In this document: positions 9,401-19,750 of the stretch, piece by piece
Numbering within the stretch: the stretch's first letter is position 1
Layout of the letters: each line of letters begins with the position of its first letter
DNA from: an uncultured Acidobacteriota bacterium
Lineage (GTDB): Bacteria; Acidobacteriota; UBA6911; RPQK01; CBDAPI01
Length of the DNA: 52,609 bases
Direction of reading: 5' to 3'
Assembly (NCBI GenBank): GCA_964463145.1
Contig: CAYXBG010000003.1
Location: forward strand, 1-52,609
The notes under the pieces: model-generated
Seen by the model: only the letters and a program-made list of their open reading frames with translations
Databases searched by the model: none
Told to the model about the DNA's origin: nothing
Program-made: the position numbers and the translations under genes

Positions 9401-9443
9401 GACTGGAGGATTGTCTTGCATTGCTAGTGACACTCCTCCAGTC
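9401..9443. repeat. 10-bp perfect inverted repeat (GACTGGAGGA / TCCTCCAGTC, 23-nt loop) between convergent genes; possible terminator hairpin
   Basis: Read directly from the sequence. It lies between the BON gene stop (9377) and the smc stop (9618). No U-tract on either side. Confidence 0.3.
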
Positions 9444-9617
9444 AAGACAGTAGAACTCAACAAAGTGCGGGTAGAAATTCGGGTCGAGAGTCACTTGTCC
9501 TGAAACAACCGGGGGAAAACAAACTTCCCGTACTCGGGCCAATAAACCAAGATAATCTAGCTTCTCACCCAAATTGCTCTACTCAGATCGACACTATGGC
9601 TTGGGAACAGCAATGTC

Positions 9618-12600
9618 TCAGATTCGGACCGAGATAGCCTCAGAAATACCGGCCAAAGGCATGGTTACCCCCAAAAGCGAATCCGCTACTTCCATAGTTT
9701 GCTTGTTGTGAGTAACTACAATGACCTGAGTCTTCTCACACATTTGCTGTAGCAAATGTGTGAACCGGCTTATGTTGGCATCATCCAAAGGAGCATCAAC
9801 CTCGTCTAACACGCAAAACTTGCTGGGGCGATAGGTGAAAAGGCCTACCATCAAAGCCAACACTGTGAGTGTTTTCTCACCCCCTGATAACAACATTACA
9901 TTTTGGAGACGCTTCCCGGGTGGTTGAGCAAAAACCTCTAAACCACTCTCCAAAATGTCGTCACCATCAAGTAGACGCATGCCACAATCGCCTCCTCCCA
10001 AAAGAGTGTGGAACACTCTCTTGAAAGGCCTGTTAATCGCATCGAAAGCCTCTTGAAATTTTTCAAGGCTACGTCTATTCAGGTCATTTATTACTTTCTC
10101 GGTGTCGGCGATTGAGCCCTCGAGATCACTGCGCTGGGTAGTTAGGAACTTATGACGTTCTTCACTCTCCTGGTACTCCTCTAGGGCGGTCATGTTGATA
10201 GCTCCAAAGCTTTCCAATTTACGTTGCAGATCCGAATGTCTACTGACAACATCTTCGGAGGCCACTTGTGAAAGATCTGTATTCTCAGCCAAAGAAGCAA
10301 GATCTTGACTCAGTTGTTCCTTACACTTCTCTTCAATCCCCTCCAACTGCGTCTCCAATCGTGCCACTCCGACCTGGATTTCTGAACACATTGACTGCCG
10401 TTCTTCCCGCTCCTTTAATAATCCTTCCATCTTTTCTTGTAGGCCTGGAAATTCTGACTTCCATCTCTGATAATGCTCTCGCTGATCTGATAAAGCCTCT
10501 CCGACTTGTAACTCCTCTGTCTCGAGTTCCTTGAGGCGAGTCGCTAGAGTTTTTTCCTCGAGATCCAAGGATGCATTATTATTTTCAGATCGCTCAATCC
10601 CCTGAGTAGCCACTTCTTCTCGTGCACGAAGACTTTTCACCTGCTCCTGAATACGCCCCAAGGTATCCTGAAGTGATTGCCCTCGTTCTTCAACCACCTT
10701 GCGATCCGAAGCCACTGAATTAAATTGTTGCTGAACACGTTCCAATTCTGATCTAACCTGAGACAACTCACCTAGGGACTCCTGTAGAAGTTTCTCCGCC
10801 TTGATCTTCTCCGTCTTGGCCTGGGCGAGCTCTTGTTCGGTTGTCTTGGTCCTCTTTTTTACTTTCTGAGCTCTTTGACTTGCATCATCTAAATTCCTGG
10901 CAAGTTCCGCTATCAGCCTTTTATCCCGTGCCAGATCACTGGTCAACTGTTCCCGGCGCATACCGAGGCCGAGAACTTCACGATCAAGAACATTAGCTCT
11001 GGCACTGATTTCCCCAACATCTTTTTTCACATCGGCCAGTTTTTTCCGACTTGCCTTTAAACGGTCCTCTAACTTGCTCAGCTTCTTCTGAGCCCCGCCC
11101 AGTCTTTGTTCAACCTCTTGTCTCTGCCTTTTAAGACTAAGAATACCCAGCTTGTGGGATTCCGTGGAATTAGCAGTTAGAAGTCCTCTCGGTTCCAGAG
11201 ACACCCCATCCATAGTGATAAAAGTAGTCTGAGGATAGGAATGCGCCAAGTTGAATGCACAATCTAAATCGGAAACTACGACCGCATTTGCACTGCCGGG
11301 AAGCACGCGCTGGAAGGCAGCTTCCACTACAGGATCCATTTTCAGTAAATCCGCTACCGTACCTAAAACCCCAGGTGTCCCAGCAGAGGGGACAGTGTGA
11401 ACGGGGAGATCCTTTCCGAACCCGTTGTCAGATTGAAGGGTCAAAAACGAACACCGCCCCCCTCCCAAACTACGGGCCTGGCCCAATCCCAACTTCGCTT
11501 GATCCATGGAATCCACCAAAACATATTCCAATTGATCGTCCAGAAATTCCTCCATGAGCCGTTCGAACTCTGGAGGAGCATCTATACTCTCAGCCAGCGT
11601 GCCCCCGTTCGTAATCTGATGGCCATTCTCCAAGTTGTTTAGAAACTGCTGAACACCATCACTGTAATTCGAGTGATTCAACTCCACTTCCTGTAAAGAC
11701 TGGAGTCTCTCTTTGAAAGCTATAACCTGATGATTGAGTCCTGTCTGCTCGGATTCCAATTCGTATACTTCGTCTTCCAGTTTCTTCCTTTGTTTGGTAA
11801 GCCTTGATAGCTCCGCCAGGGCGTCCTCATACTTTGCGTTGATTTCCTCAGAATCCTTTTGGAATAGCGCGTCTCGTCTTTCACGCTCGTGCAGATCGAT
11901 CTCCGCCCGCCCGTGCTCTTCTCCCAATTCAGACTGTTCCCGCCGCAGATGCCTTCTTTGTACTTCTAGTTGCTCCAGAAGATGCCCCAGCGATGCACTT
12001 CGAGCCGATCTCTCCAAAATCTGATTACGATAGCTTTCAACCTTCTCCTCAATCTCTTTGACCTTGCTTAAGCATTTGTCCAATAATCCGGTATGGCTCT
12101 CCATAAGACCGGTTACCTCGTCCTGCTGTGAAACTAGTTGCTCGAGCTCCAACTCATATCGCTCCAGCTCATCTCCAGATTTCTCAAGAGCGTCCTGGAT
12201 AGAAGCCCGCTGAGAATTGCTATCCAAAAGATACTTCTTATTTGCCTCAATTTGCTCCTGATGATAGTTGATGGCATTTCTGGTTCGATCAATCTCCAAG
12301 ACGATAGCCGCGCTTTTTTCGGTAAGGTGAGACAGCTGCTCTTCCAGGCTATCCCTCTCTTTATTTCTAGCCTTATATTCCTTGGACATTTCCCTGTACG
12401 ATTCATCTAAAGAACTTCCCTCTTTTTTGGTTGAAGCTAGCTCTATTGAACACTTCTCAAGTTGGGCCGCTAACTCCTCTGCTTCCAGAGCAAAACGGAC
12501 AGCTTGCAATTCCCGGAACTCTTCCTTCATACGGGTATAGCGTCTGGCCTTTGAGGCTTGGCGTTTCAGTGATCGTAAACCTTTCTCAACTTCCTGTATT

Positions 12601-13202
12601 ATGTCGGTCGCACGCAACAAGTTTTGACGGGCCAATTCCAACTTCAGCTCGGCTCTTCGACGCTGGCTCTTGTACCCAGAGATTTGTGCGGCCTCTTCTA
12701 TGACAGCCCTTCTTTCCAAGGGCTTCGAAGTCAAAAATGACTCCATCTTTCCCTGTGCAATAAATGCATAAGAAGCATACCCTAGTCCCAGTGTCTCCAA
12801 AGACTCACGGATATCTCTAAGTCGGCACCGTCTATCGTTGATGAGATAGACACTCTCGCCTGAACGGTACAGCTTACGACAGATCTCGAGCCGATCATCG
12901 GTAAATTCCCGACCTTGCACCTCGATGGTCTGCTCTTGATTGAACTTCAAGCGCAGAGTCGCCTGTGCCATACCACTCTGCTTTCGCTTGCTCGTACCAC
13001 TGAAAATGAAATCTTCCATTTTCAGCCCACGCATCTCTCGCGCATTCTGGGCTCCTAGAACCCAGCCGAGCGCATCGAACAAATTCGATTTTCCACAACC
13101 GTTCGGCCCTACGATCCCAGTGAGTTTGTCGTCAAAGCAAACCTCCACCTTGTCGGCAAAAGACTTAAAGCCAACGAGGCTCAAAGAATCAAATTTGGGC
13201 AT
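9618..13202 (-). CDS. smc: chromosome segregation protein SMC
   Basis: 1194 aa. N-terminal Walker A (GPNGCGKSN), long coiled coils, hinge, C-terminal LSGGEKTL signature and Walker B (FCVLDEVDAPLD). Confidence 0.97.
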   Translation of the reverse strand: MPKFDSLSLVGFKSFADKVEVCFDDKLTGIVGPNGCGKSNLFDALGWVLGAQNAREMRGLKMEDFIFSGTSKRKQSGMAQATLRLKFNQEQTIEVQGREFTDDRLEICRKLYRSGESVYLINDRRCRLRDIRESLETLGLGYASYAFIAQGKMESFLTSKPLERRAVIEEAAQISGYKSQRRRAELKLELARQNLLRATDIIQEVEKGLRSLKRQASKARRYTRMKEEFRELQAVRFALEAEELAAQLEKCSIELASTKKEGSSLDESYREMSKEYKARNKERDSLEEQLSHLTEKSAAIVLEIDRTRNAINYHQEQIEANKKYLLDSNSQRASIQDALEKSGDELERYELELEQLVSQQDEVTGLMESHTGLLDKCLSKVKEIEEKVESYRNQILERSARSASLGHLLEQLEVQRRHLRREQSELGEEHGRAEIDLHERERRDALFQKDSEEINAKYEDALAELSRLTKQRKKLEDEVYELESEQTGLNHQVIAFKERLQSLQEVELNHSNYSDGVQQFLNNLENGHQITNGGTLAESIDAPPEFERLMEEFLDDQLEYVLVDSMDQAKLGLGQARSLGGGRCSFLTLQSDNGFGKDLPVHTVPSAGTPGVLGTVADLLKMDPVVEAAFQRVLPGSANAVVVSDLDCAFNLAHSYPQTTFITMDGVSLEPRGLLTANSTESHKLGILSLKRQRQEVEQRLGGAQKKLSKLEDRLKASRKKLADVKKDVGEISARANVLDREVLGLGMRREQLTSDLARDKRLIAELARNLDDASQRAQKVKKRTKTTEQELAQAKTEKIKAEKLLQESLGELSQVRSELERVQQQFNSVASDRKVVEERGQSLQDTLGRIQEQVKSLRAREEVATQGIERSENNNASLDLEEKTLATRLKELETEELQVGEALSDQREHYQRWKSEFPGLQEKMEGLLKEREERQSMCSEIQVGVARLETQLEGIEEKCKEQLSQDLASLAENTDLSQVASEDVVSRHSDLQRKLESFGAINMTALEEYQESEERHKFLTTQRSDLEGSIADTEKVINDLNRRSLEKFQEAFDAINRPFKRVFHTLLGGGDCGMRLLDGDDILESGLEVFAQPPGKRLQNVMLLSGGEKTLTVLALMVGLFTYRPSKFCVLDEVDAPLDDANISRFTHLLQQMCEKTQVIVVTHNKQTMEVADSLLGVTMPLAGISEAISVRI

Positions 13203-13439
13203 CTTTAGTCAGTCAATCCTCTAGAAAAAATATACGCTAATGATGTCAATCGAGACTGACAAAACCTATCTACTTAGACCATTGCACAGCATCTGCCTGA
13301 CAAGGTAGTTTCCTGTACCCCTAGGTCAAATCTATCTCCGCATTGTGTAAATCTTATCCGGTTGCTAGCCCCCAGACAGCTTCTGTATAGTTAGGGGCGC
13401 TTCTTCTGTCACGAATAGGGCTGAAGTTTAAAATCACCA

Positions 13440-15248
13440 ATGATGACCATCCGTTACCGTCTTGCCATACAAGTCAGTTCTCTCCTTGTCTTTTCTCTGT
13501 CTTCATTCTGCTGGACGCAACAAGTCGAGTTTTTCCCATTGACTGAGGTTAGGCCAGGGTTGCAGGGTATAGGGAAAACTGTCTTTGAGGGGGTTACGGT
13601 TGAGGATTTCAACGTTGAAATCCTCGGAGTCATCGGGAAGATTCGTCCCGGACGCAACCTGATTCTTTCTCGTCTTTCCGGGGCCAAAATAGAAAGAACC
13701 GGTGTCTTTGCAGGTATGAGTGGAAGCCCTGTCTATGTTGAAGGCAAACTCCTCGGTGCCGTTGCTTTTGCATTCCCTTTCTCGAAAGAGCCAATCACCG
13801 GCATAACCCCAATCCAAGAGATGGTCGGAATTTTTCAAGGAGAACCTGAAACCCTTAGGTCATGGGCACCTCGGGCAAACCTCAAAAACAAACTTCAAGC
13901 TTTTGGTCTCGGACAAAAGCTTAATCCTCCTCCCAAATTACCGTCGATTTCGGTCGACCTCGTCAACACAAAACTCAAAGGGACACTAGAACCGATTGCA
14001 GCCCCTCTGAATCTGATAGGTGTGGAACTAAGCGCATCAAAAAAATTTCATTCAGATTTCACTGAATTAGGTCTGATTCCTATTTCAGGGATCACCTCAA
14101 TGGACCCTGACCCCGAAAGCGTACCTGTTGTAATCCCAGGCTCTACCATAGCAGCGCACCTTGTAACTGGTGACTTAGAGGTAAGCGCAGCCGGAACAAT
14201 CACAAGTATTGACGGTAATCGAATTTATGCTTTTGGACACCCCTTTCTGGGGCTCGGATTTACCAGTATGCCCATGAGCAGTGGATCAGTAATTACGGTC
14301 ATACCAAGTATATTCAGCAGTCAGAAAGTTACAGCCGTCAACTCCTTCATTGGATCGATTCGCCAGGACCGAGATACTGGTATTTTGGGGCTACGTGGTG
14401 AAAAACCCAACATGATGCCTATTTCTTTACGTCTCACAACCAGTAGAAATATTATCCGTCAGCTCAACTTCCAAATCGTCCAGGGGGCCTTCCTCTCACC
14501 TCTTCTAGCAAACTTTGCAATCTTTAACTCTATAGTCTCCTCCGAAAAAGGAACGGGACCGCAGGCTTTCAGAGTCGAAATAAGTATCTCGATAAAAGGT
14601 TATCCCCAGGTGCGATACTCCCGTAATGTCTCTAATCCAACCAATGCCGCTAAAGTTGTGGGCGGGTTACTTGACCTTCTTCTCAATAGCGGTTTTGACG
14701 GCATACTGTTTGAAGAAGTAGATGTGCGGATACAATCCGTTGAAGAGCAGCTAAAAGCAACACTAGAACAGGTCTGGGTTGACCGTAGAGAGATAAATCC
14801 CGGAGATAAGGTCAATTTCAAAATGATCCTCCGTCAGAATGAAGGAACAATCATTTCCCAGGATTACAGCCTGCCTATCCCAGAAGATATGACTCCCGGG
14901 CCAGTCCATGTAACCATCGGAGAGGGGATATCCTTGGCCAACTCGGATGCAGAAAAGGATACAGCACGGTTTATCCCTCAGAATACCTACCAACTCATTC
15001 GCGCCATTAACAATCTCAAAAAGAACGACAGGCTTTACGTTCGTCTCTACCGTAGCAGCCCGGGGATCGTCATTGCGGGAGAAGAAATGTCTTCGTTACC
15101 TCCATCCATGCTGGAAATTCATAACTCAGGCAAGTCAACCGGTACTAGCCGGCCACTAAATAGTGTGATCCATTTAGAGCGCGAGATGGAGATCACTCGA
15201 TTTATTCTCAAAGGGATTAAAACTATTCAGCTAAACGTTAGAAGCTGA
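13440..15248 (+). CDS. secreted SpoIVB-like (peptidase S55) serine protease-domain protein
   Basis: Signal peptide. GMSGSPVYVEGKLLGAV and ITGITPIQEM segments are typical of S55 and trypsin-like folds. Large C-terminal extension of unknown function. Confidence 0.7.
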   Translation: MMTIRYRLAIQVSSLLVFSLSSFCWTQQVEFFPLTEVRPGLQGIGKTVFEGVTVEDFNVEILGVIGKIRPGRNLILSRLSGAKIERTGVFAGMSGSPVYVEGKLLGAVAFAFPFSKEPITGITPIQEMVGIFQGEPETLRSWAPRANLKNKLQAFGLGQKLNPPPKLPSISVDLVNTKLKGTLEPIAAPLNLIGVELSASKKFHSDFTELGLIPISGITSMDPDPESVPVVIPGSTIAAHLVTGDLEVSAAGTITSIDGNRIYAFGHPFLGLGFTSMPMSSGSVITVIPSIFSSQKVTAVNSFIGSIRQDRDTGILGLRGEKPNMMPISLRLTTSRNIIRQLNFQIVQGAFLSPLLANFAIFNSIVSSEKGTGPQAFRVEISISIKGYPQVRYSRNVSNPTNAAKVVGGLLDLLLNSGFDGILFEEVDVRIQSVEEQLKATLEQVWVDRREINPGDKVNFKMILRQNEGTIISQDYSLPIPEDMTPGPVHVTIGEGISLANSDAEKDTARFIPQNTYQLIRAINNLKKNDRLYVRLYRSSPGIVIAGEEMSSLPPSMLEIHNSGKSTGTSRPLNSVIHLEREMEITRFILKGIKTIQLNVRS

Positions 15249-15266
15249 ATCCATCGGACTCTGTTT

Positions 15267-17474
15267 ATGCTATTTCGTTTCTCCTGCTTAATTTTTCTCT
15301 TTTTGACATTCACCTGCAACCTTTCAGGTTCTAAGCCTCAGTTCTGGAGGACTGCCAACCAATCCGAATTTCTAAAGGGGAAATTCAAGGGAGTGGCCTT
15401 AACTAGTGATGGCCGGCTCATCCTAGCTCCAAAATTTGATCTGCTCTTCAATACTCAGCAACCATTCATCTACTCTCTGACAAGCGACGACGATCAAAAT
15501 ATATATCTAGGCACTGGTGACGCGGGTAAAATTTTCCGAGTTACACCCTCCGGATCTAGTAGTGAAATTGCAGATTTGGAGGAATCTGGAGTGCAAAGCC
15601 TAGTGATTTCAGCGGACGGCAGCCTGTTCGCTGCCACAGCACCCAGTGGGAGTATTTACAAAATACGGCGCGGGAAAGCCCCGGAGTTATTTTTAAGTCT
15701 TGAAGACAAATACATTTGGGATCTGATCATCGACTCCGACGGTTACCTTTACATAGCCACAGGACCTCAGGGGAAAATCTATCGGGCTGATACAGAGAGT
15801 GGTCAATCAACAGTTTTCTATGACAGCAAGGAACACCATTTTGTTGATCTAGGCTGGGACATCGACTCGAATCTATTGGCAGGCTCGGCTCCTAATGGCC
15901 ACCTTCTCCGTCTGGATAAACAGGGGAAGCCTTTCGTTCTATACGACTCCAACCTCGAGGAAATGAGAGGCATTCGAGTCGACCGCAACGGTAATATCTA
16001 CGCTGCGGGCATCTCCTCCGAGTTTTCCCGGAACACCACCGCTACCCCAACAACTATAAAAGCTGCTGCCAGAAGAGCTCTAGGTGAAACGGTTCTCGCC
16101 AGTGCATCCAGCCAGCTCGAAAAATTAGAAGGCTCGCTGAGAGGCAACAAAGTCGAACTCTACCGGATTAATCGGGAGGGGTTAGTAACGACCCTCTATG
16201 GGCGAGATGATTACAGCATTCTGGATTTATTAGTGCGTGATAACGGAGAGATCATATTTGGTACCAGCTATCAGGGGCGCTTATTTTCTGTCACACCACA
16301 AAGACTCGTCAAATTGATCGGTTCAACTCCAGACGAAAAAATAACTCGTCTTGCATCCAGTGGCGAAACAATCCTATTGGCCACCAGCAACTTGGGTAAG
16401 CTGTATCGCTTGTCGAGCTCTTCAAAAAATAGAGGCAGCTACGAGTCGCTGCCCCTGGATGCGGCTATGTCAGCAAAGTGGGGTCGAATACGTTGGGAGG
16501 TAGTCAACCCTCTAGGCCATATCATACGTTTCAGCACACGTTCCGGAAACACCTCGAGACCCGACCAATCATGGTCAGACTGGGAAGAGGCTAATGGGGC
16601 CGCAGATGGGGCTTCAATTGTTAGTCCTAATGCTCGGTTTCTACAGTGGAAGGTCCATTTCCAGGCAACTCCCCAATCGAGAGGGCTTCTTGCAGAAGGC
16701 GATGCCATAGGACTAGTCGAGATCAGTTATTTGCAGCAAAACCTACCGCCCTTGATTAAATCTGTGGCGATTCATGGGCCAGGCACGGCATTTGTGCCTC
16801 AAATCGCAACCATTCCTGCAGGAGGAAGTTCTATTGGCGGACCAGGAAATGCCCACCTAAGATCGCTACCCAAAAGAATTCAAAAAATCAATAATACTCC
16901 AGTTCTTCCTCCAAGAAGGGTCTTTGTGCCCGGGGCACGAAGTATCTCCTGGAAAGCAGCTGACCCAAATGGGGATGACCTTGTATATACCGTTGACCTT
17001 AAAAGACTGAACGGTTCAAACTGGACTCAAGTAGCGACCAAATTAGAAAACAATTTCTACACCTTGGATGGAGTAAGTGTCCCAGCAGGTAAGTATGTCT
17101 TCAGAATCACAGCCTCTGATCTCATTAGTAATCCCCCGGAACTAGCGCTCCGAACAACAATGCAAAGCAAGCCGTTCTCTATAACTAATGCTCCTCCTAG
17201 CCTCAAAATCTTACAAACCGGAAACATCGATGGAATCGTGACCGTCTCCGTAAAAGCTAGTACTACCTCAAGCTGGATCTACCAGATGGAGTATTCAGTG
17301 AACGGGGGAACGTGGACCATCGTCCACCCGGTTGACGGGATTGCCGACAGCACTGAAGAATCCTACCAATTTAACGTTGAGGACCTCTCCACAGGACAAC
17401 ACGATCTGCGGGTTCGAGTGGTTGACACGGTGGGAAATGTAGGCACCAGCCGTTCAGAACTCTACATACCCTGA
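15267..17474 (+). CDS. secreted beta-propeller repeat protein with C-terminal FN3/Ig-like domains
   Basis: Signal peptide. Repeated ~40-aa blades (DGxLYxATgpxGxIYRi). The C-terminal WKAADPNGDDLVYTVDLK... segment is FN3-like. Starts 18 nt after the S55 gene. Confidence 0.65.
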   Translation: MLFRFSCLIFLFLTFTCNLSGSKPQFWRTANQSEFLKGKFKGVALTSDGRLILAPKFDLLFNTQQPFIYSLTSDDDQNIYLGTGDAGKIFRVTPSGSSSEIADLEESGVQSLVISADGSLFAATAPSGSIYKIRRGKAPELFLSLEDKYIWDLIIDSDGYLYIATGPQGKIYRADTESGQSTVFYDSKEHHFVDLGWDIDSNLLAGSAPNGHLLRLDKQGKPFVLYDSNLEEMRGIRVDRNGNIYAAGISSEFSRNTTATPTTIKAAARRALGETVLASASSQLEKLEGSLRGNKVELYRINREGLVTTLYGRDDYSILDLLVRDNGEIIFGTSYQGRLFSVTPQRLVKLIGSTPDEKITRLASSGETILLATSNLGKLYRLSSSSKNRGSYESLPLDAAMSAKWGRIRWEVVNPLGHIIRFSTRSGNTSRPDQSWSDWEEANGAADGASIVSPNARFLQWKVHFQATPQSRGLLAEGDAIGLVEISYLQQNLPPLIKSVAIHGPGTAFVPQIATIPAGGSSIGGPGNAHLRSLPKRIQKINNTPVLPPRRVFVPGARSISWKAADPNGDDLVYTVDLKRLNGSNWTQVATKLENNFYTLDGVSVPAGKYVFRITASDLISNPPELALRTTMQSKPFSITNAPPSLKILQTGNIDGIVTVSVKASTTSSWIYQMEYSVNGGTWTIVHPVDGIADSTEESYQFNVEDLSTGQHDLRVRVVDTVGNVGTSRSELYIP

Positions 17475-17509
17475 AAACCAGACAAGACTCACGCTCGCCA
17501 TTACCGAGA

Positions 17510-18676
17510 CTAGCTTTGCTTGGTCATTGATATGGAGTTATTGTTACCCAACCGGAGGTTAAGACGTACGCTATCTGGATCCTGTACCTCGATCACAGCC
17601 GTCCCAAAAGTGATACCGAACTTGGGCAACGAAACCGTATATCTACCGGGAGGAACTCTCACGGAGCTAATGCCGGTACGCCCTCGGAAGTTGATCTTCG
17701 ATGTTTGGTAAGTCTTGCCGGTTTTCTGATTAGCCAGACGAAAACTCAAATTAGCTACTCTGTAAATATCAAAGGCATTATTAGCACTCTTGGAAATACG
17801 AATGGTAACCCGCCTTGGAGTCGCGGCTCGCTTTTCAGCGGCAAGACGCAGCTCCCGGCGCTTTTTGACTGCCTGCAGCCTTTCGGTAGGGAATTGCGCC
17901 TCAATCCATCCCTGAATTTTGTCTTTGGACTCATTGACAATACTGTCCACTAGAGGCAAGACCGTATCAGTGTCAGTCTTGCGGAGCGCTATCCCTACTT
18001 CGATAGTATCTATGACATCACCCACAATCTCGAGATTCCTACCACCAGCTATAGTATCGAGAACATAGGCGATCATATTGAGATCATCCACAACAGCATC
18101 AACTTCTCCAGACCTCAGCTGCAATATGGCCTCATCTAGAGTTCCGATGGGGGTAACCTCGACTCCCATACTTCTGGTCCTGACTCCCTCCTCAACCGGC
18201 GTTCCTCTCCGCACACCTATTTTTTTACCACCGTCAGAACTGGGGTTGAGATTTCCGACCCTTAACGGGGGGGTGGCCATCACTAATTCTGATGTGTAAT
18301 AAGTCTCGGAGAAGGCTAAATCTTCCACCCTCTGGGGAGTTTTCCCATAGACCGCAATGATGAAATCATACCCATTGTTTTTGAGACTCTCTGCCATACT
18401 TTCGTATTCTTTTGGTAGCCAAAAAGGAGTTATGCCTTCTTTATCAATCTCATTGCCAATACGCTTGGCGATCAGGTTGGCCAACTCTGCCTCAGGTCCA
18501 ACATATTCTGAATTCACTTGATGTAAAAGAGGCGCACCAAAGGGGACGGAGCCAATATGCAGCTCGCCGGTCCTTCTAATCTGACTGAGGGTGTCCTTCC
18601 CACCTCCATGGCCACCACACCCAATGAAAGTCAAACTTAATCCAAGTAATAAAAGGCTCACCAACTTCTTCTGCAT
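17510..18676 (-). CDS. lipoprotein: family-3 solute-binding domain fused to a CarboxypepD_reg-like C-terminal domain
   Basis: Lipobox LTFIGC-GG. SBP_bac_3-like core (LHIGSVPFGAPLL..., YDFIIAVYGKTPQR, GEVDAVVDD). C-terminal GRYTVSLPKFG beta-sandwich-like tail. Confidence 0.75.
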   Translation of the reverse strand: MQKKLVSLLLLGLSLTFIGCGGHGGGKDTLSQIRRTGELHIGSVPFGAPLLHQVNSEYVGPEAELANLIAKRIGNEIDKEGITPFWLPKEYESMAESLKNNGYDFIIAVYGKTPQRVEDLAFSETYYTSELVMATPPLRVGNLNPSSDGGKKIGVRRGTPVEEGVRTRSMGVEVTPIGTLDEAILQLRSGEVDAVVDDLNMIAYVLDTIAGGRNLEIVGDVIDTIEVGIALRKTDTDTVLPLVDSIVNESKDKIQGWIEAQFPTERLQAVKKRRELRLAAEKRAATPRRVTIRISKSANNAFDIYRVANLSFRLANQKTGKTYQTSKINFRGRTGISSVRVPPGRYTVSLPKFGITFGTAVIEVQDPDSVRLNLRLGNNNSISMTKQS

Positions 18677-18742
18677 GCTTTAGTTTTTCCTTTGAAAGCG
18701 ATTCATATTAACATAAAAGGTTAGTTATGATGGTCGGCATTC

Positions 18743-18767
18743 CCCTTAGCTGGCAAGCAGCTAAGGG
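18743..18767 (-). terminator. 10-bp stem / 5-nt loop hairpin downstream of nfuA (weak terminator candidate)
   Basis: CCCTTAGCTG-GCAAG-CAGCTAAGGG read directly, 57 nt past the nfuA stop. No clear U-tract. Confidence 0.3.
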
Positions 18768-18823
18768 AGCAGCGCAAGCTCCCCAAACCGGCGACTTAAT
18801 GCCCCCCTCTGACACATCGGGTT

Positions 18824-19426
18824 TCAGTTATAGAAAGGGTTCTCTCCTGTCGAATGATCAGTTACATCAACAACCTCTTCTATCTCAGGCACTAGTTCTT
18901 TAATTCGAGACTCAATCCCATGTTTTAGCGTGACATCTACCATGCCACAACCGTGACAACCACCCCCAAAGCTCAGGTATACTTTATTTTCTTTGACACC
19001 CACAAAAGTGACGGTCCCGCCATGGGCTGCCACAGCACTGTTAATCTCCGTATTGATAAGTCGTTCAACCTTTTCAGTGGCAGGCCCGGTCAAGTCCTCA
19101 CGTGGTCCATCACCAATCTGTGGGATCTCCGGCTGGTTGGGATTATCAAAACGAAAACCACTTTTAAGAATGCCTTCTTCGTAATCCACCGTAGCGCCTT
19201 CCAAGTGCTGGGAACTCGCCGGATCCATAAAAACTCGGATACCTTCTGTATCCAGTACGACATCGTCATTTCTCAGATCGTCATCTCCCACTACACGCAT
19301 ACCGTAGACAAACTCTGCGGTACCATTCGCGGAGGCCTCCAGCCTCAGGGCTGTTTTACCGGTGTTTTTTTGCAGAGCATCGATGATCTGCTCTTTCGCT
19401 CCATCTGTGATCGTCAGTTCAGGCAT
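18824..19426 (-). CDS. nfuA: Fe-S cluster biogenesis protein NfuA-like (IscA/HesB-like N-domain plus Nfu C-domain)
   Basis: ATG at 19426 with AGGA upstream. N-terminal ITDGAKEQI...; C-terminal GGGCHGCGMVDVTLKHGIE (CxxC Nfu motif). Confidence 0.85.
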   Translation of the reverse strand: MPELTITDGAKEQIIDALQKNTGKTALRLEASANGTAEFVYGMRVVGDDDLRNDDVVLDTEGIRVFMDPASSQHLEGATVDYEEGILKSGFRFDNPNQPEIPQIGDGPREDLTGPATEKVERLINTEINSAVAAHGGTVTFVGVKENKVYLSFGGGCHGCGMVDVTLKHGIESRIKELVPEIEEVVDVTDHSTGENPFYN

Positions 19427-19750
19427 GATTCTTTTCCTAAAATTTCTACTTAACAATTGCCAAAAATTATGGCGCTTCAGAATTCTACCAGAATTTCATC
19501 CGTAACGATTGATCCATCGCGAGGGATCAGTTCCCCGTTAAAGATCCAATTGTGCCATCTAACGCTATTGTAGACAGTTGACCTACTTCTCGACTTGGAT
19601 CATTATTGTCTACTGTCGGAGCAGACATAGCATATGCAAGCTGGGAGTTTTTATTAGAGCGTCATCTCGGGCCTGCGCACTGCGCCCCTATGGGAGGCCG
19701 CGCAACCCTACCCCAACAACAATCCCGTTGGCTGATGAAAGGATATAGAC

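Noticed and set aside
10268-13224. Multiple 80-100 aa plus-strand and alternate-frame ORFs inside smc (for example 10268-10534, 11255-11642, 11734-12024, 12138-12703, 12940-13224).
   Set aside because: They are antisense or overlapping with a 1194-aa SMC gene that has unmistakable motifs. They are low-complexity Ser/Leu/Pro-rich translations typical of the reverse frame of coiled-coil codons.
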